DNA from: Candidatus Uhrbacteria bacterium
GTDB lineage: Bacteria > Patescibacteriota > Patescibacteriia > UBA9934 > GWF2-40-263
DNA: 64,000 bases
NCBI GenBank assembly: GCA_023246355.1
Contig: JAHFIQ010000001.1
Location: forward strand, 145,887-209,886
Reading direction: 5' to 3'
The notes beneath the pieces are model-generated. The model was not told the origin of the DNA. It was given only the letters and a program-made list of their open reading frames with translations, and did no database searches. Below, one piece after another: positions 62,281 to 64,000 of the stretch; within the stretch, counting starts at the first letter, position 1, and every line of letters starts with the position of its first letter. The position numbers were made by a program, and so were the translations under genes.

Positions 62281-64000
62281 AAAAATCCCAGCCAAAAAAT
62301 CCGGCCTAAAGGCCGGATCCGGCTCCGCCGGAAAGCCATCCGTCTCTAAAAAAACAAAGACGCCTGTTTCGCGTACCAAAAAAACGCTCAAACGTCAGCT
62401 CGTGGTCAATCCGTATCATCTTGAAGCGCGACCACACATTGAACAGAGCAACGCGCACACCGCATCTCCATTCATCCTCTCGCTCAAACCAACGCATGAA
62501 GAAGCGCAAATGGAAGAATCAGCTCAGCGCGTCCACGTCAATCTTCTCACAACGCCTGTCGTGCTCCCTGATCTTTCACAGGATCTCGCGCTCACAAGTG
62601 CTGAACTCATGGATCAACTCGCGGAGGGAGTCACAAGGATGAAACCAACGAAGATTCCCGCTACATGGATCTGTGACCACAAACCCCAGGAGCACGCTCT
62701 GGCCATTCATTCTTCACACATCCCTTCCCTCTCCCACGACATCTTTCTCCCTGCGCAAGTCCCAGAAAATATTTTTGCGCTGTTTGATTTCCCAGAAGAA
62801 GAATCCTGTCCCGAAGCAGAGCTTGTTGATCTTGAAGAACTCCAAACACAGACGGCACAAGAACTCGTGATTCCAAAACGGACCTGGAAATTCACTTTCC
62901 CCTCTGCTCTCTCAAACCTACTCCCTACCACCTACAACCTCCCTCACTGGCAACGTGCGGTCGCTTCATTTGTGGCTGTCTCGTTCCTCTTCGTCCTGCC
63001 CTTGCATGCGATGAACGTGGTGCAAGATCTGCGCGCCACAAAAACAGAGCTTGAACAAACAGGCACGAGTGCTGTTTCTTTTCTGTCAGACGGTGCACAA
63101 GCCGCTCTTGCTTCAGAAAGTGAGAAAGCGCAGAGTCAGTTCGCTCTCTCGAGCGCTCGATTTGATTCTGCACGGTCAACACTAGATGAACTTGGCGCTG
63201 GGACCCGCTTTCTGCTTTCCGTCCTCCCTCTCACCCAGTCGAGCTACAAAACAGGCGAAGCACTCATCGAAGCTGGAAGTGAACTCGCAATCGCCGGCAC
63301 TCGGCTCTCAGAAGGGTATACCGCGATCGAACAGGAACTGAACCCAACACCTGTCTCACGACTGAACCTCTTGGAGGCCTATGTCAGCTCTGCCGCACCA
63401 CATCTTGTGAATGCACAGCAAGCACTTCAGAACATCGATCTCTCTGCCATCCCAGAAGAACATCAATCGGATGTCTCACGACTCACCACAAGCCTTCCCA
63501 AACTCATCTCTGGGATCGACGAATTTCAATCCTTCTTCACTCTGGCACAGCAACTCCTGGGAGCAGAAGGCAGCAAGCGCTACCTTATCGTGTTCCAAAA
63601 CAACACGGAGATTCGTCCCACGGGCGGTTTCATCGGAAGCTTTGCTGATGTGAAAGTGCATGATGGCGTGATTGAGGACATGAACGTTCCCGGTGGCGGT
63701 TCGTATGATTTACAAGGCACGCTTCAGGAAGATCTCATTGCCCCTCAACCACTTCAACTCCTCTCCGCTCGCTGGGAATTTCAGGACGGCAATTGGTTTC
63801 CCGATTTTCCCACGAGTGCCAGACAGCTCATCCAGTTTTATGAGGACGCGGGTGGTCCAAGTGTTGATGGCGTCTTGGCTGTAAACGCAACCTTCGTGGC
63901 AGATCTGATCGGGCTGTTGGGTCCCATCGAGATGCCTGAATACGAACGGACGATCACGCAAGAAAATTTTATCTTCGAAGCGCAGCGCATTGTGGAGATG
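62258..64000 (+). CDS. DUF4012-family-like membrane-anchored protein (partial; runs off window end), Lys-rich N-terminus
   Basis: The frame is open from before 62258 to 64000. RYLIVFQNNTEIRPTGGFIGSFADVKVHDGVIEDMNVPGGGSYDLQG matches the DUF4012 hallmark. TM segment AVASFVAVSFLFVLPL. The start is uncertain. GTG at 62258 (KKIPAKKSGLKAGSGSAGKPSVSKKTKTPVSRTKKTLKRQ) and ATG at 62510 (MEESAQRV) are both candidates. Confidence 0.5.
   Translation, partial: MTKKKPLKKIPAKKSGLKAGSGSAGKPSVSKKTKTPVSRTKKTLKRQLVVNPYHLEARPHIEQSNAHTASPFILSLKPTHEEAQMEESAQRVHVNLLTTPVVLPDLSQDLALTSAELMDQLAEGVTRMKPTKIPATWICDHKPQEHALAIHSSHIPSLSHDIFLPAQVPENIFALFDFPEEESCPEAELVDLEELQTQTAQELVIPKRTWKFTFPSALSNLLPTTYNLPHWQRAVASFVAVSFLFVLPLHAMNVVQDLRATKTELEQTGTSAVSFLSDGAQAALASESEKAQSQFALSSARFDSARSTLDELGAGTRFLLSVLPLTQSSYKTGEALIEAGSELAIAGTRLSEGYTAIEQELNPTPVSRLNLLEAYVSSAAPHLVNAQQALQNIDLSAIPEEHQSDVSRLTTSLPKLISGIDEFQSFFTLAQQLLGAEGSKRYLIVFQNNTEIRPTGGFIGSFADVKVHDGVIEDMNVPGGGSYDLQGTLQEDLIAPQPLQLLSARWEFQDGNWFPDFPTSARQLIQFYEDAGGPSVDGVLAVNATFVADLIGLLGPIEMPEYERTITQENFIFEAQRIVEM

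Overview
This 64-kb window comes from a roughly 50% GC bacterial genome. It is dominated by cell-envelope and glycan biosynthesis genes, with scattered housekeeping genes. Several traits recall small-genome, CPR/Patescibacteria-like lineages: paralogous O-antigen-ligase+TPR genes, a DUF4012-like protein, a tRNA-Ile with a UAU anticodon, and giant surface proteins.

The layout is as follows.
1. Positions 1-6011 (minus strand) carry a surface-protein cluster. It holds a very large signal-peptide repeat protein that runs off the window, two cohesin-domain proteins and a dockerin-like protein. One cohesin gene contains a 306-bp near-perfect tandem duplication.
2. Positions 6319-11642 carry a polyprenyl-phosphate sugar phosphotransferase and two convergent O-antigen-ligase/TPR paralogs.
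3. Positions 11698-31899 form a ~20-kb plus-strand glycan operon of about 20 genes, many joined by ATGA/GTGA start-stop overlaps. It encodes an epimerase, five GT4 and two GT2 glycosyltransferases, four SAM methyltransferases and a GT-ABC exporter fusion. It also contains an unusual sub-cluster: a MocA oxidoreductase, a shikimate-dehydrogenase-like reductase, a DAHP/KDO8P-synthase-family aldolase with an altered phosphate-binding motif, two NeuA-like cytidylyltransferase domains, and a GT-B enzyme with sialyl/Kdo-transferase-like HP/SS motifs. This looks like a route to a CMP-activated 3-deoxy-ulosonic acid sugar. It is the best candidate for a previously undescribed system.
4. The housekeeping genes are cca, rluA-family, gmk, rplS, uvrA, a DsbA-like gene, secG, an oligopeptide-type SBP, rnj, trpS, and tRNAs Ile(UAU), Val(GAC) and Leu(CAG).
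5. Several GC-rich islands (about 60-65% GC) look foreign. One at 37.7-39.3 kb holds four small genes separated by a ~110-bp hairpin repeat. Three minus-strand cassettes at 50.7-51.7, 56.7-57.5 and 59.8-61.0 kb share a near-identical promoter (TTGACT-17-TATATT) and structured leader. Each abuts the start codon of an unrelated plus-strand gene. A vapBC module and a zinc-ribbon membrane protein share an identical terminator.

No CRISPR arrays, rRNA genes or recognisable transposases were seen.
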